DNA of 64,000 bases from an uncultured cyanobacterium (GCA_963703315.1 OY969811.1:1536001-1600000); one strand, 5' to 3'; positions 50,681 to 60,108 are shown, numbered from the stretch's first letter. The notes: generated by a model not told the origin, from the sequence alone. A program made the numbers and translations.

Positions 50681-51547
50681 TTATTCCCACGACGTTAAGC
50701 ATTCTTTCATGGCACGATCCATAATTTGACGATCTGCGTGATAGCGGCGACCATGCCCAGGTAAAACCCATTCAAACGAATAGGTTGCTAATTTTTGCAT
50801 TGATCGCCCTAGCTCTTCCCACGAATACCAACAAGCATTCTCAAATGCAATCAACCGATTGAGCCGATGAGACCATGCCAGATGATCGCCTGAAAACAAA
50901 TATTTCTGCTTATAAAGTAAAACCGTATGCCCCTTAGTATGTCCAGCCACAGGAATAATTAGCAGATCGTCGGCGATCGCAATGGGATCTGTGCCAGTTA
51001 ATTGCATTTCAATATTTTTTGTACCAATACCAATGTCATCTTGATGCAAAATGCGATCGCATCCAAAATGGTCGTGAAATTTCTGATGGTCAGCGACATC
51101 ATCACGATGGGTCAGGTACAAATAACGTATTCCTCCCATTGCTTCTAGTTGTTTTACCAATGGTGTGTTAAAACGTGGCGAATCGATCAAAATATTGCCT
51201 TCAGGATGCACAATTAAATAACTTGCCGCACCATAGGATGATTCCGCGTGATAGCCACAATGGAATACATTTTGCTCGATCTCAATAGGAAAACTTTGCT
51301 GCGCCGCTTGGATATCATGGGGCTTTTCGACTGTGGCAATAGAAGCAGTTGGGCATGATAGCAACGCTTGTAAGGCTTTCAGTCTTTCGATTTCATTTAT
51401 GGGTTGATGATAAACGACGGATTGAGATGAGATTTGATGAAATATTTCTGGAGCCATCCATCGACAGGTATCACAATCAATACAGGTGCTATCAACATAA
51501 AAATCACCACTGACATTGTGAGGTAGTCGTCGTTCAATTTTTGCCAT
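50681..51547 (-). CDS. MBL-fold metallo-hydrolase with N-terminal ferredoxin-like domain
   Basis: YVDSTCIDCDTCR..AP, CPTASI, LTHRDDVADH, GHTKGH, FSGDH, LPGHG. Confidence 0.88.
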   Translation of the reverse strand: MAKIERRLPHNVSGDFYVDSTCIDCDTCRWMAPEIFHQISSQSVVYHQPINEIERLKALQALLSCPTASIATVEKPHDIQAAQQSFPIEIEQNVFHCGYHAESSYGAASYLIVHPEGNILIDSPRFNTPLVKQLEAMGGIRYLYLTHRDDVADHQKFHDHFGCDRILHQDDIGIGTKNIEMQLTGTDPIAIADDLLIIPVAGHTKGHTVLLYKQKYLFSGDHLAWSHRLNRLIAFENACWYSWEELGRSMQKLATYSFEWVLPGHGRRYHADRQIMDRAMKECLTSWE

Positions 51548-51577
51548 AACAATATTGATTGTGCATTGTGCCTATAG

Positions 51578-51603
51578 TAAACTTAGTCTATAAACTTAGT
51601 CTA
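51578..51603 (+). promoter_or_regulatory. Tandem 13-bp direct repeat upstream of the TA operon, putative operator
   Basis: taaacttagtcta x2, 10 bp before the antitoxin ATG. Confidence 0.5.
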
Positions 51604-51613
51604 GTATATTTAT

Positions 51614-51859
51614 ATGGAAACTGTTAATATTCATCAGGCTAAAACCAATCTTTCTCGTCTTTTGTCAAGGGTAGAACTTGGAGAAGAGATTGTTATTTCT
51701 AACCGAGGTGTTCCCGTTGCTAAGCTAGTTCCATTTTGTACTTCTGCTAATCGCAAAGCTAGTTTAGGAATAGATCGGGGACGCTTTATCGTGCCTGAAG
51801 ACTTTAACGCTCCTTTGCCAGAAGAGATTTTGTCAGCATTTGAGGGGTGTGAAGGGTGA
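51614..51859 (+). CDS. Phd/YefM family antitoxin
   Basis: VNIHQAKTNLSRLL..V..GEEIVI...G.PVAKLVP, PEDFNAPLP. Confidence 0.92.
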   Translation: METVNIHQAKTNLSRLLSRVELGEEIVISNRGVPVAKLVPFCTSANRKASLGIDRGRFIVPEDFNAPLPEEILSAFEGCEG

Positions 51860-52257
51860 AACTTTTAATGGATACTCATTGCTGGTTGTGGTGGTTTGCC
51901 CAGCCAGAGCGTTTGAGTGAGGAGGCGATCGCTTGCATAGTCGATGAAGCTAATGAAGTGTGGTTTTCAGTGGCAAGTGTCTGGGAAATGGGTATCAAAG
52001 TGGCAATCGGCAAGTTGCCATTACCAGAACCAGTAGATAGCTATGTATCAAGTCGCATGGTGCAATTGGGGGCGCGATCGCTCGATATTTCAGTCAGTCA
52101 TGCCTTACAAGCTGCGGCTTTGCCTTTACATCATCGCGATCCATTCGACAGAATGTTGATTGCACAGGCTCAACTAGAAAATATGACGATTGTGACGGCT
52201 GATAATATGTTTAGTCAATATCAAGACGTTTCTATTCTTTGGGCAGCAAATTCATAA
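51856..52257 (+). CDS. VapC family PIN toxin
   Basis: LLMDTHC.LW, SVASVWEM.IK, HRDPFDRMLIAQA, TAD; GTGA overlap. Confidence 0.92.
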   Translation: MKLLMDTHCWLWWFAQPERLSEEAIACIVDEANEVWFSVASVWEMGIKVAIGKLPLPEPVDSYVSSRMVQLGARSLDISVSHALQAAALPLHHRDPFDRMLIAQAQLENMTIVTADNMFSQYQDVSILWAANS

Positions 52258-52261
52258 AGCA

Positions 52262-53092
52262 TCATAGTCTAGGAGGTGCTGAATCAGAAATCTCTGGTGG
52301 TCGGTTCTGATTCATGTTGTGAAGCGTGACAGGATCTGACCCACGAAATCCAATGAGACGATATTTCTTTGTGTAGGTGGGTGCAATCTCTGGGGCTTCT
52401 ACCCATTCATTGGTAGCCACAAAATCTTGTGAAGAATTTCCGCTTAAGCCTGTGCCAACAGGCTTAGACCGACTTGCACCAGCAGCCGATTTAGAATCTT
52501 CCTCTCTAGCCTGAGATGATGCAGGAGCATTTGGAGTTTTAGGTAAAGTATTTAGCGCGATCGCATCTCTACGTTTGATTGGCATAAACTTTACTTCGAT
52601 TAAACCTAGATCAGGGTTATTGACTCCGCCATTTTGATCTAGTCCAAGATTACCTTCTTCTAAAACGATAAATTGTTTGGCGATCGCGTATGGTCTTTCT
52701 AAGGTGACAGAGCGATCGCAGATCAATCCATCAATAATCGAGACACCATCGATTTTGACGCTAACCGCACTGGCATAGCTAGGCGAGTTAATTTCAATTT
52801 TATAGGTTTCGCGAATACCGACATTGATATAGCCTCTGGCATCGGCTCGGCGAATATTCCCATTTTGATTAATGGCGATCGATACAGGCGAATTTTGAGA
52901 AGTATAAGTTATTGAAGGCACAGAGGCTAGAGTCTCTGGATTACCTGTGTTGTTTCTATTCTCGATCTTCTCATCACTTACACGATTGGAAATCGCTGAT
53001 GAGTTATTCCCACGAGCATAACCAACAATAAAAATACCACCAACCAATACAGAACAAATTGCCAAGATTCGCAGCTTTGATGAGGTAAACAT
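52262..53092 (-). CDS. Hypothetical exported protein
   Basis: Long ORF with N-terminal hydrophobic segment; SVKIDG and GLIEVKF motifs; no family recognised. Confidence 0.6.
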   Translation of the reverse strand: MFTSSKLRILAICSVLVGGIFIVGYARGNNSSAISNRVSDEKIENRNNTGNPETLASVPSITYTSQNSPVSIAINQNGNIRRADARGYINVGIRETYKIEINSPSYASAVSVKIDGVSIIDGLICDRSVTLERPYAIAKQFIVLEEGNLGLDQNGGVNNPDLGLIEVKFMPIKRRDAIALNTLPKTPNAPASSQAREEDSKSAAGASRSKPVGTGLSGNSSQDFVATNEWVEAPEIAPTYTKKYRLIGFRGSDPVTLHNMNQNRPPEISDSAPPRL

Positions 53093-53280
53093 ATAAGAAG
53101 CCTCAGATTTCGATTACCTTTAATTTACGCTAATTAGCCTTGAGATCTTTCGTGGTTACAAATTTAGTAACGAAATAGCTAAGTTGCTAGGTGCAATTAA
53201 ATATAAAACCCCAAAAGCTGTGGCGCACGCGCAGTGTGCGCCACAGCTTTTGGCTCTGTTTTTTAATTATGCCCCACTAC

Positions 53281-53856
53281 TTATGGATTAACTTCCTGCT
53301 CTGTCCAGTTGCCTTGCTCGTCCCGTATATATATCCAGCGATTTTGAGGTGTACCGCGCAGTTCAAGGCGATCGACTTCGACAGGTTCTAGCAATAGCAA
53401 GCAAAAATAAGGCAAAGGTTGATCGGCACTCGGTGGAGCGACTTCAGGAAAATCAATACGTGGTTCTCTGGGATGCGCCCATGCAAATTGCAGCCACGCA
53501 GGTTCTGATAATGCTTGCCATGCAGACTTTCGGGCAGATTGCAACTCTAAATCTGGACATTCCTGATCAATTAACGTGAGTTTGCCTAAAATCCGAAATT
53601 GCGATCGCGTTTTTGGAAAATACCAACTTATTTCCGCCCAAGGATTTGCTGCAATTTGAGCCGCTTTTTGACTACGAATATCCGTAACGATTTTGAGACA
53701 ATCTTGGTAGCGATCGCTATTTTCTAAAAATCCTCTAAATACAACTGTGCGATTGCGAGGACGATGATCTAAACCAATTGTGGCTAATTGAAAAAACCTT
53801 GCTTCGGGTTGATTACGGTGCTGATGTAAACTTCGAGCTAGATGCGATCGCCACAT
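53281..53856 (-). CDS. Pyridoxamine 5'-phosphate oxidase-like FMN-binding protein (Npun_F5749 family)
   Basis: FQLAT, PRNRTVVFRGF, TD.RSQK, WYFPKTR.QFRI.G, VD.LELRG.PQNR. Confidence 0.88.
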   Translation of the reverse strand: MWRSHLARSLHQHRNQPEARFFQLATIGLDHRPRNRTVVFRGFLENSDRYQDCLKIVTDIRSQKAAQIAANPWAEISWYFPKTRSQFRILGKLTLIDQECPDLELQSARKSAWQALSEPAWLQFAWAHPREPRIDFPEVAPPSADQPLPYFCLLLLEPVEVDRLELRGTPQNRWIYIRDEQGNWTEQEVNP

Positions 53857-53912
53857 AAAACCATTTAGAATAGAACTGTGCTTAGCACAGTTCTATTCTA
53901 AATGGTTTTATG
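53854..53912. repeat. Perfect 59-bp palindrome forming the whole divergent intergenic region including both ATGs
   Basis: cataaaaccatttagaatagaactgtgc-tta-gcacagttctattctaaatggttttatg. Confidence 0.92.
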
Positions 53913-55961
53913 GCGAATTTGTGGATTGAGGGTGGTAGTCGTAGTGGCAAGACTGAACGAGTGGTTCAGCAGTTTTGTGACTGGGCAGAAACTGACTTTG
54001 CCAAAAAAGCTAATCCTCAAGCAGCTTCCCAAAAGGTTTTAGTTTTAACCGTTGATTCTGAGCAAAGACGCAAACTGAGCGATCACCTGATTGTCACCAC
54101 GCATGGGCGCTATCCTGTCACTGCGGTTACACCCTTGAGCTTTTTTCGCGATGAAGTGCGTTTATTTTGGACATTATTAGTCAAAAACCTTAACTTAAAG
54201 GCTCAGTTTCCTCTGCTTCTAAGAGTTGAAAATGAGCAGGAACTCACCAATCAAGTCTGGAAAGATCGCCTTGAAATGGGAACTCTGCAAAGGTCGGGAA
54301 TTGGACAGGAAAGGCTGGTACGCAGATTGTTAGATTTATTTTTGTTAGCCGCCTATAGTGGTCGAGAGATTACCGAAATTCCGACAATTCTCAATGCAGG
54401 TATTGAAACTAATCCCTTAGAATCTGCTCTTGATAATGGAGAACAAAATTCTCTATCCACAAGTTCCGTATTAGAGCAATGGCAAGAAATCGGGGAAGCT
54501 TTGCAAGAATGGCGGGACTATTGCTGGGAAAGAGGCTTGCTGACCTATGGCATTATTACCGATTTATTTGCCCATCATTTACTTCCAAATCTTCAATATC
54601 AACGAAGACTCAAGCAACGATTTCAATATATGATCGTTGACCGTGCCGATGAAATGCCAGCGATCACTTGTGATTTGTGCAAGTTTCTATTACAAAATGG
54701 CGCTCAAGGAATGGTTACGTTTAATCCTGATGGATCGGCAAGACTAGGACTAGGTGGTGATCCTGAATATTGGCAAGAAATTAAATCTGAATGTGAAGTA
54801 ATCAAGTTACCCCATGCCCAAAACACGTTAGGCGATGAAATTGGAGCATCAGTTTTAGAAGTTGTCCGCGAACCAATTTTACAGTTTATCGAACCCTATC
54901 CACAGGTTTATGCGATTGAATCAGTTTCTCGCGCCAAACTGTTCCGTAATGTTGCGGAAACGATCGCCTCAGCGATCGCTTCAGGTGAGATAAAAGCCAA
55001 CGAAATCGCCATTATTGCCCCCGGATTAGATAACATCGCCAAATATGCGATCGCCGAAATTCTCCGTAAAAAAGAAATCAATGTTAATCCCCTTAACGAT
55101 CAACGCCCCTTATCCTATTCTGCCCAAGTGCGATCGCTGCTTACTCTGATCACATTGGTCTATCCCAATCTTGGTAAATTAGTAAGTCGCGATCACATTG
55201 CCGAAATGTTGGTTGTGCTGATCGAGGCGATCGATCCAGTTCGGGCAGGAATGCTAGCTGACTATTGCTTTGCACCACATCCAGAGCATCCACAACTACT
55301 AGCATCAGAAACCTATAACCAATGGAATCGCCTCGGTTATGAAGCAACACAAGCCTATGCTCAATTACGAAAATGGATTGAACAACAATCACCTAAAGAC
55401 ACACCACTTCTATTCATAGATCGGGCAATTCAAGCCTTTTTTAAACCCCGTAAACTCAGCTATGAAAGTACTTCCACCTTACAATCATTAATCGAAACTG
55501 CTCAATATTATTGGCAGCTTGGCTATCGCCTCGATCAAGAAGATCCCATTATTCTCGAAAATTTTATTCAACTGATTCGACAAGGCACTGTCACTGCTAA
55601 TCCTTATGCCCCCAATCTCCCCCAAGATAGCGTTGTCCTTGCTACGATCTTCCAATACCGCATGGCAAGACTTTCCCACCGTTGGCAATTTTGGCTAGAT
55701 GCTAGTTCTGACCTTTGGCTACAGGGTGGAGCCGCATCTCTATTTGGTGCGCCACTCTTTCTCAAAGGTTGGCATGGAAAACTATGGACGACTGAGGATC
55801 AAAGCAAAGCCGATATGCAACGCTTAGAGAAGTTAATCAGAGATTTGCTCGATCGCACTGATGAGCGTCTATATCTCTGTCACAGCGAACTTAGTACTAA
55901 TGGTCAAATCCAAAATGGAGTCTTGAGTCCATTAATTGAGGTTAGTAGCACAAATTCATGA
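53910..55961 (+). CDS. Cyanobacterial protein with degenerate UvrD/SF1-helicase-like P-loop
   Basis: WIEGGSRSGKT, GLLTYG, IVDRADE, IAIIAPGLD, IDPVRA, TIFQYR, WQFWLD, LYLCHSEL. Confidence 0.65.
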   Translation: MANLWIEGGSRSGKTERVVQQFCDWAETDFAKKANPQAASQKVLVLTVDSEQRRKLSDHLIVTTHGRYPVTAVTPLSFFRDEVRLFWTLLVKNLNLKAQFPLLLRVENEQELTNQVWKDRLEMGTLQRSGIGQERLVRRLLDLFLLAAYSGREITEIPTILNAGIETNPLESALDNGEQNSLSTSSVLEQWQEIGEALQEWRDYCWERGLLTYGIITDLFAHHLLPNLQYQRRLKQRFQYMIVDRADEMPAITCDLCKFLLQNGAQGMVTFNPDGSARLGLGGDPEYWQEIKSECEVIKLPHAQNTLGDEIGASVLEVVREPILQFIEPYPQVYAIESVSRAKLFRNVAETIASAIASGEIKANEIAIIAPGLDNIAKYAIAEILRKKEINVNPLNDQRPLSYSAQVRSLLTLITLVYPNLGKLVSRDHIAEMLVVLIEAIDPVRAGMLADYCFAPHPEHPQLLASETYNQWNRLGYEATQAYAQLRKWIEQQSPKDTPLLFIDRAIQAFFKPRKLSYESTSTLQSLIETAQYYWQLGYRLDQEDPIILENFIQLIRQGTVTANPYAPNLPQDSVVLATIFQYRMARLSHRWQFWLDASSDLWLQGGAASLFGAPLFLKGWHGKLWTTEDQSKADMQRLEKLIRDLLDRTDERLYLCHSELSTNGQIQNGVLSPLIEVSSTNS

Positions 55962-55967
55962 AAAAAG

Positions 55968-56198
55968 ATGCATTTTGGAAGCCCGAATGCTCGCTATTTA
56001 AAAAAGGCGATTAAGTCAGCCGATCGGGTTGTTGTTGCTTGGGGAAATAACGGGAAGTTAATGCAACGCGATCGCCTTGTTTTAGAGTTGCTATCTAAAC
56101 AAAATATTCAACCTCACTGTTTAGGAATCACAAAATCAGGCTATTCGCGTCATTCGCTATACATTCTGTGTAGTAAGCAATTGAGGGTTTGCAGGTGA
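55968..56198 (+). pseudogene. DUF1643-family C-terminal remnant
   Basis: VVVAWGNNG, CLGITKSG..RH.LY; N-terminal half absent. Confidence 0.6.
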
Positions 56199-56287
56199 TT
56201 TGCTAAACGAAACTCACTCCATGCTTCATAACACAAAATTTCATTTATACTAGGGTTTGGGATCAATATGTATCGTAGTAATCTAGT

Positions 56288-58402
56288 ATGCATTTCAAAT
56301 TTTCTCCAAGTATCCTTAGCAGACTAGGAGAAGAACTAATTCCTAATCCTGATCAGGGTATTTTGGAGCTAGTCAAAAACTCTTATGATGCAGATGCTAC
56401 AGTGTGTGAGATCGAGTTACTAAATACCGAGGAGATCGGTGGCAGTATTGTGATCTCCGATAACGGTATGGGGATGGATCTTGAAACTCTTCAAAGTGGC
56501 TGGTTAGTTATTGGAAAATCTGAAAAAGAGGCGGCTAGTGATCGCACATCTCTTAATAGATTGAGAGTAGGATCTAAAGGTTTAGGGAGGCTTGCCGCAT
56601 TACGACTAGGAACTCATGTAGAACTCACCACACGACCAAAAAGTGAATCAAACATAGAATATTCCGTTAGTATGTGCTGGGATGATTTTAACAATGTTGA
56701 TTCTGTGGAAAAAGTAATTTTTTCTCCCACAACTAAGCCAACAGAGTGTAGACATGGAACAAAAATTGTAGTTAGTAATTTGAACGTAAAAATAGGTAAG
56801 CGAGAGGTTAATAGACTTGCAAGAGAGTTATTACTACTAGCCGATCCTTTTGACACTAACACATCGTTTCGACCTAAGTTAATTGGAACTGGATTTACGG
56901 ACTTAGAAAAGCAAGTCAATGAACAATTTTTTGAAGATGCCGAATTCTTTCTTAAAGCATCTCTTGACAAGAATGGATATGCTTCTGCTCAGTTAGTGGA
57001 TTGGAAAGGTTCTACTGTCGCTATAGCTTCACATTCTGATATTAGTAAATATCGACAACAATTAGATATAAATGAGGGATTACCAGATGGAACAAATTTA
57101 TCTATGGATAGTCCTTATCAAAACTCTGTACCTGCTAACTTTGAACTGTGGATTTTTCAACTTAATCCACAAAGCTTTTCCACTAAAAATCGTGAAGATA
57201 ATTCTCGGCAAATCCGCAGATGGTTGGCAGAAGTTGGTGGTGTACATCTGTATCATCGAGGATTGAGAGTTGCTCCTTATGGAGATAAGGGTGATGATTG
57301 GCTAAAAATCAATTTGTCGAGATCTCGGAATCCTCAAGTCCGCCCTTCAACAAGCACCGTCATTGGTAGGGTTATTGCAGAAGATGCAAATAGTCTCTTG
57401 TTACAAAAAACAAATCGTCTGGGATTTCTAGAAAATGAAACTTTTCTTAATCTGCAACAATTTGCAATGAATACACTTGAATGGATTGCAAATTTTCGTT
57501 TGCAAACAGTAGAAGTAAAACAGGAACAGGTAAAAAGACAAATAAAACCTAAGATTGCTGAAGCTAAGAAAAACATAGAAGATATTATTACTACTTATAT
57601 TCCAGAACCAAAACCTAGAGAAAAAACACTATTAGCAGTAGAAGATTATGACAAGGTCAGAGAAGAAGAGGTGGAAGTCTTAAATGTTGAACTACAACTA
57701 TATCGTAGCTTAGCAACAGCAGGGACTACTGCTGCTATCTTTGCTCATGAATCTGGCAGAGAAATTAACACCTTAAAAGGTCAAGTTGGTATTTTAAATG
57801 CAAAAATGCAGAAATATGTAGAAACCGAAATATATCTCAAGTATTTTGCAAAAACCTTTACAAATATTCAAAAACTAGCTGGTTCGGTTCAAGGCTTTGC
57901 TAAATATCCAATTTATCTATTAAAAAAAGAAAAGCGATCACAAGGAAAAGTTGAAATACATCAAGTGATAAATGATGTAATCAGCTTGTTTGATCCTTTT
58001 CTCGAAAGTTCTAATACTACTATTGAGTTAGATAGAGTAAATGCTGAACTTAATTTGCGAGGAAGTACGGCTCTCGTAGAGGCAATTTTAATTAATCTAA
58101 TTACTAATGCAATTAATGCTTTTAATACTAAAGATGCACCTATTCAAAATCGCAAGATTGTAATCCGAACTGAATCAAATGAAGACTTTATTTGGCTAAG
58201 AGTTATGGATAATGCTTTGGGTATTCAAGGGCTTACAATAGATGAAATCTGGCTGGCTGGCAAAACCACCACGAGATCGGGTACTGGGTTAGGATTGAAA
58301 ATAGCAAAAGACTCAGTTATAGATTTGGGAGGACAAATTAGTGCCGTTGCCAATGGTCAACTAGGTGGGGCAGAGTTTATCGTTCAGTTACCTTTAAAGT
58401 AG
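56288..58402 (+). CDS. GHKL (MORC/MutL/Hsp90-like) ATPase fused to a C-terminal histidine kinase
   Basis: N-terminal ELVKNSYDADA, ISDNGMGM, GSKGLGRLA; S5-like GVHLY..G.RV.PYG..GDDWL; C-terminal H-box FAHE, NLITNA, DNALG, GTGLGL, GGAEF; no TM segment. Confidence 0.85.
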   Translation: MHFKFSPSILSRLGEELIPNPDQGILELVKNSYDADATVCEIELLNTEEIGGSIVISDNGMGMDLETLQSGWLVIGKSEKEAASDRTSLNRLRVGSKGLGRLAALRLGTHVELTTRPKSESNIEYSVSMCWDDFNNVDSVEKVIFSPTTKPTECRHGTKIVVSNLNVKIGKREVNRLARELLLLADPFDTNTSFRPKLIGTGFTDLEKQVNEQFFEDAEFFLKASLDKNGYASAQLVDWKGSTVAIASHSDISKYRQQLDINEGLPDGTNLSMDSPYQNSVPANFELWIFQLNPQSFSTKNREDNSRQIRRWLAEVGGVHLYHRGLRVAPYGDKGDDWLKINLSRSRNPQVRPSTSTVIGRVIAEDANSLLLQKTNRLGFLENETFLNLQQFAMNTLEWIANFRLQTVEVKQEQVKRQIKPKIAEAKKNIEDIITTYIPEPKPREKTLLAVEDYDKVREEEVEVLNVELQLYRSLATAGTTAAIFAHESGREINTLKGQVGILNAKMQKYVETEIYLKYFAKTFTNIQKLAGSVQGFAKYPIYLLKKEKRSQGKVEIHQVINDVISLFDPFLESSNTTIELDRVNAELNLRGSTALVEAILINLITNAINAFNTKDAPIQNRKIVIRTESNEDFIWLRVMDNALGIQGLTIDEIWLAGKTTTRSGTGLGLKIAKDSVIDLGGQISAVANGQLGGAEFIVQLPLK

Positions 58403-58412
58403 GATAATTTAT

Positions 58413-59132
58413 ATGCAAATTCAGCAAATTCGTAAAGTCGCGATCGTAGATGACACACAGAGTGCTAGGGAAGAGCTAGCTGAAACTCTTGAAATAGTCG
58501 GGTTTGAACCTTTTATAGTTGAAAATTCTTGGACTGAAATTAATTCTTTAGTAGAACATATCCAAGCAAATTCTCAGGCGGTTATTTGCGATCATCGGCT
58601 TTCTGATAGTGGGTTAGCTTCATTTACAGGGGCTGAATTAATGCCTTCACTTTATAAAAACAAATTTCCATTTCTCCTAATAACTCAATACACTGATCAG
58701 GATATTAATGATTCTATTCGTAAATATAGAGATAAAATTCCTATCGTCTTGAAACGAGAGGAGCTAATTGATTTATATGATATAAATACTATTGGTAATA
58801 AAATCAAAAAAGGACTTGAAACTTGTTCTCAAGAGTTTCAAAATATCATGTCGTCAACACGCCGACCTCATAGAACGTTTATCCATATCGTTAACATTAA
58901 TAATGGTCTTGTAGAGGCATTTGTTCCAAGCTGGAATCCTTACCATGCAGTGAGCTTCCCACTATCACTAATATCAGAAGAGTTTTCCTCTAATATAGAG
59001 TCTCGTCTTAAACAAAAAGAAGATACTTGGTTAATTGCTTGCGTTAATACAGGAGCAGAAAAAGCAGATGACCTTTACTTTACAAAATTTGAAGTCGCAC
59101 CAGAGTTAGATGAAAATGATGGACTTGCCTAG
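58413..59132 (+). CDS. Response-regulator receiver domain fused to an unknown C-terminal domain
   Basis: VAIVDD, VICDHRL (phospho-Asp position), LLITQY, LKR; C-terminal VPSWNP...VN.GAE...DLYF. Confidence 0.75.
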   Translation: MQIQQIRKVAIVDDTQSAREELAETLEIVGFEPFIVENSWTEINSLVEHIQANSQAVICDHRLSDSGLASFTGAELMPSLYKNKFPFLLITQYTDQDINDSIRKYRDKIPIVLKREELIDLYDINTIGNKIKKGLETCSQEFQNIMSSTRRPHRTFIHIVNINNGLVEAFVPSWNPYHAVSFPLSLISEEFSSNIESRLKQKEDTWLIACVNTGAEKADDLYFTKFEVAPELDENDGLA

Positions 59133-60108
59133 ATTAATAGTTTTAGATGTCGCTCATGGTAACTGCTCAATTCTTCAGGATACCGAAGGTACTATTGTCA
59201 TTGACTGCGCTCATGGTGATACGTTGATTGAAACCCTTCGGCATCTTAAGATTTCGCAAGTTGATCGCATCATGATTTCTCATGCCGATCAAGATCACTT
59301 CAAGGGATTTATCGATTTACTTGCAGATGAATCAATAACCGTAAAATATGTTCATCTCAATCCTGACCCAAAGAAAGAAACTCTGGTTTTTAGAGCTTTA
59401 CGTCGAGCCATTGGAGAGGCAAAGGAACGGAATGGTACAACTCATGAATTACTACATACAGGAATGATGGGTAAACTAGATATTGGAGAAGTTAGGATTG
59501 AAATTCTCTCTCCAAGTATAGATATCATGGGCTATTCAGGTGGTCAAGATTTACAAGGAAGAAACTTAACATCTAATTCTGTGTCAGCAGTTATTCGGCT
59601 TGTTTATAAATCTCGCGGAGTAGCACTTCTTGCAGGAGATATTGATCAGGTAGGTTTAGATAATTTACTCAATAATAGATATGAAGTTGAATCTGACATT
59701 CTTGTTTTCCCTCATCATGGAGGTAATACAGGTACAGGTAAAAGCACAGAAAACCATGAATTTACTATCAAATTGTGCCAACAAGTAAAACCAAATTTAG
59801 TGATCTTCTCAACTGGTAGAAGGGATAAAGAACCACATTATCCTCGCCAAGAAATTGTACAATCTTTACTTGCTATACTTCCCGATGTACATATTATGTG
59901 TACTCAGCTTGCTAAAACTTGCTCTGCCGAGATATTAACAATTCCTGCTCACTTAAACAAACTTCCATCAAGAGGGCAAGACGATAATCACTGCTGTGGT
60001 GGAACAGTTGTCATCAATTTAAGTGAAACTGAAACAACTTATGCTCCAAACAGTGATCATCGTCAATTTGTCAAAGAAAATATAGTTTCTGCTTTGTGTA
60101 TGCGTTGA
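59110..60108 (+). CDS. ComEC/Rec2-like MBL-fold metallo-hydrolase (putative nuclease), soluble
   Basis: LDVAHGNC, IDC, ISHADQDH, N..S.V, LLAGD, FPHHG, FSTG; overlaps upstream stop. Confidence 0.85.
   Translation: MKMMDLPRLIVLDVAHGNCSILQDTEGTIVIDCAHGDTLIETLRHLKISQVDRIMISHADQDHFKGFIDLLADESITVKYVHLNPDPKKETLVFRALRRAIGEAKERNGTTHELLHTGMMGKLDIGEVRIEILSPSIDIMGYSGGQDLQGRNLTSNSVSAVIRLVYKSRGVALLAGDIDQVGLDNLLNNRYEVESDILVFPHHGGNTGTGKSTENHEFTIKLCQQVKPNLVIFSTGRRDKEPHYPRQEIVQSLLAILPDVHIMCTQLAKTCSAEILTIPAHLNKLPSRGQDDNHCCGGTVVINLSETETTYAPNSDHRQFVKENIVSALCMR

Noticed and set aside
59110..60108. Competence gene comEC
   Set aside because: Only the soluble MBL domain is present, with no membrane competence domain, and the context is not competence-related.
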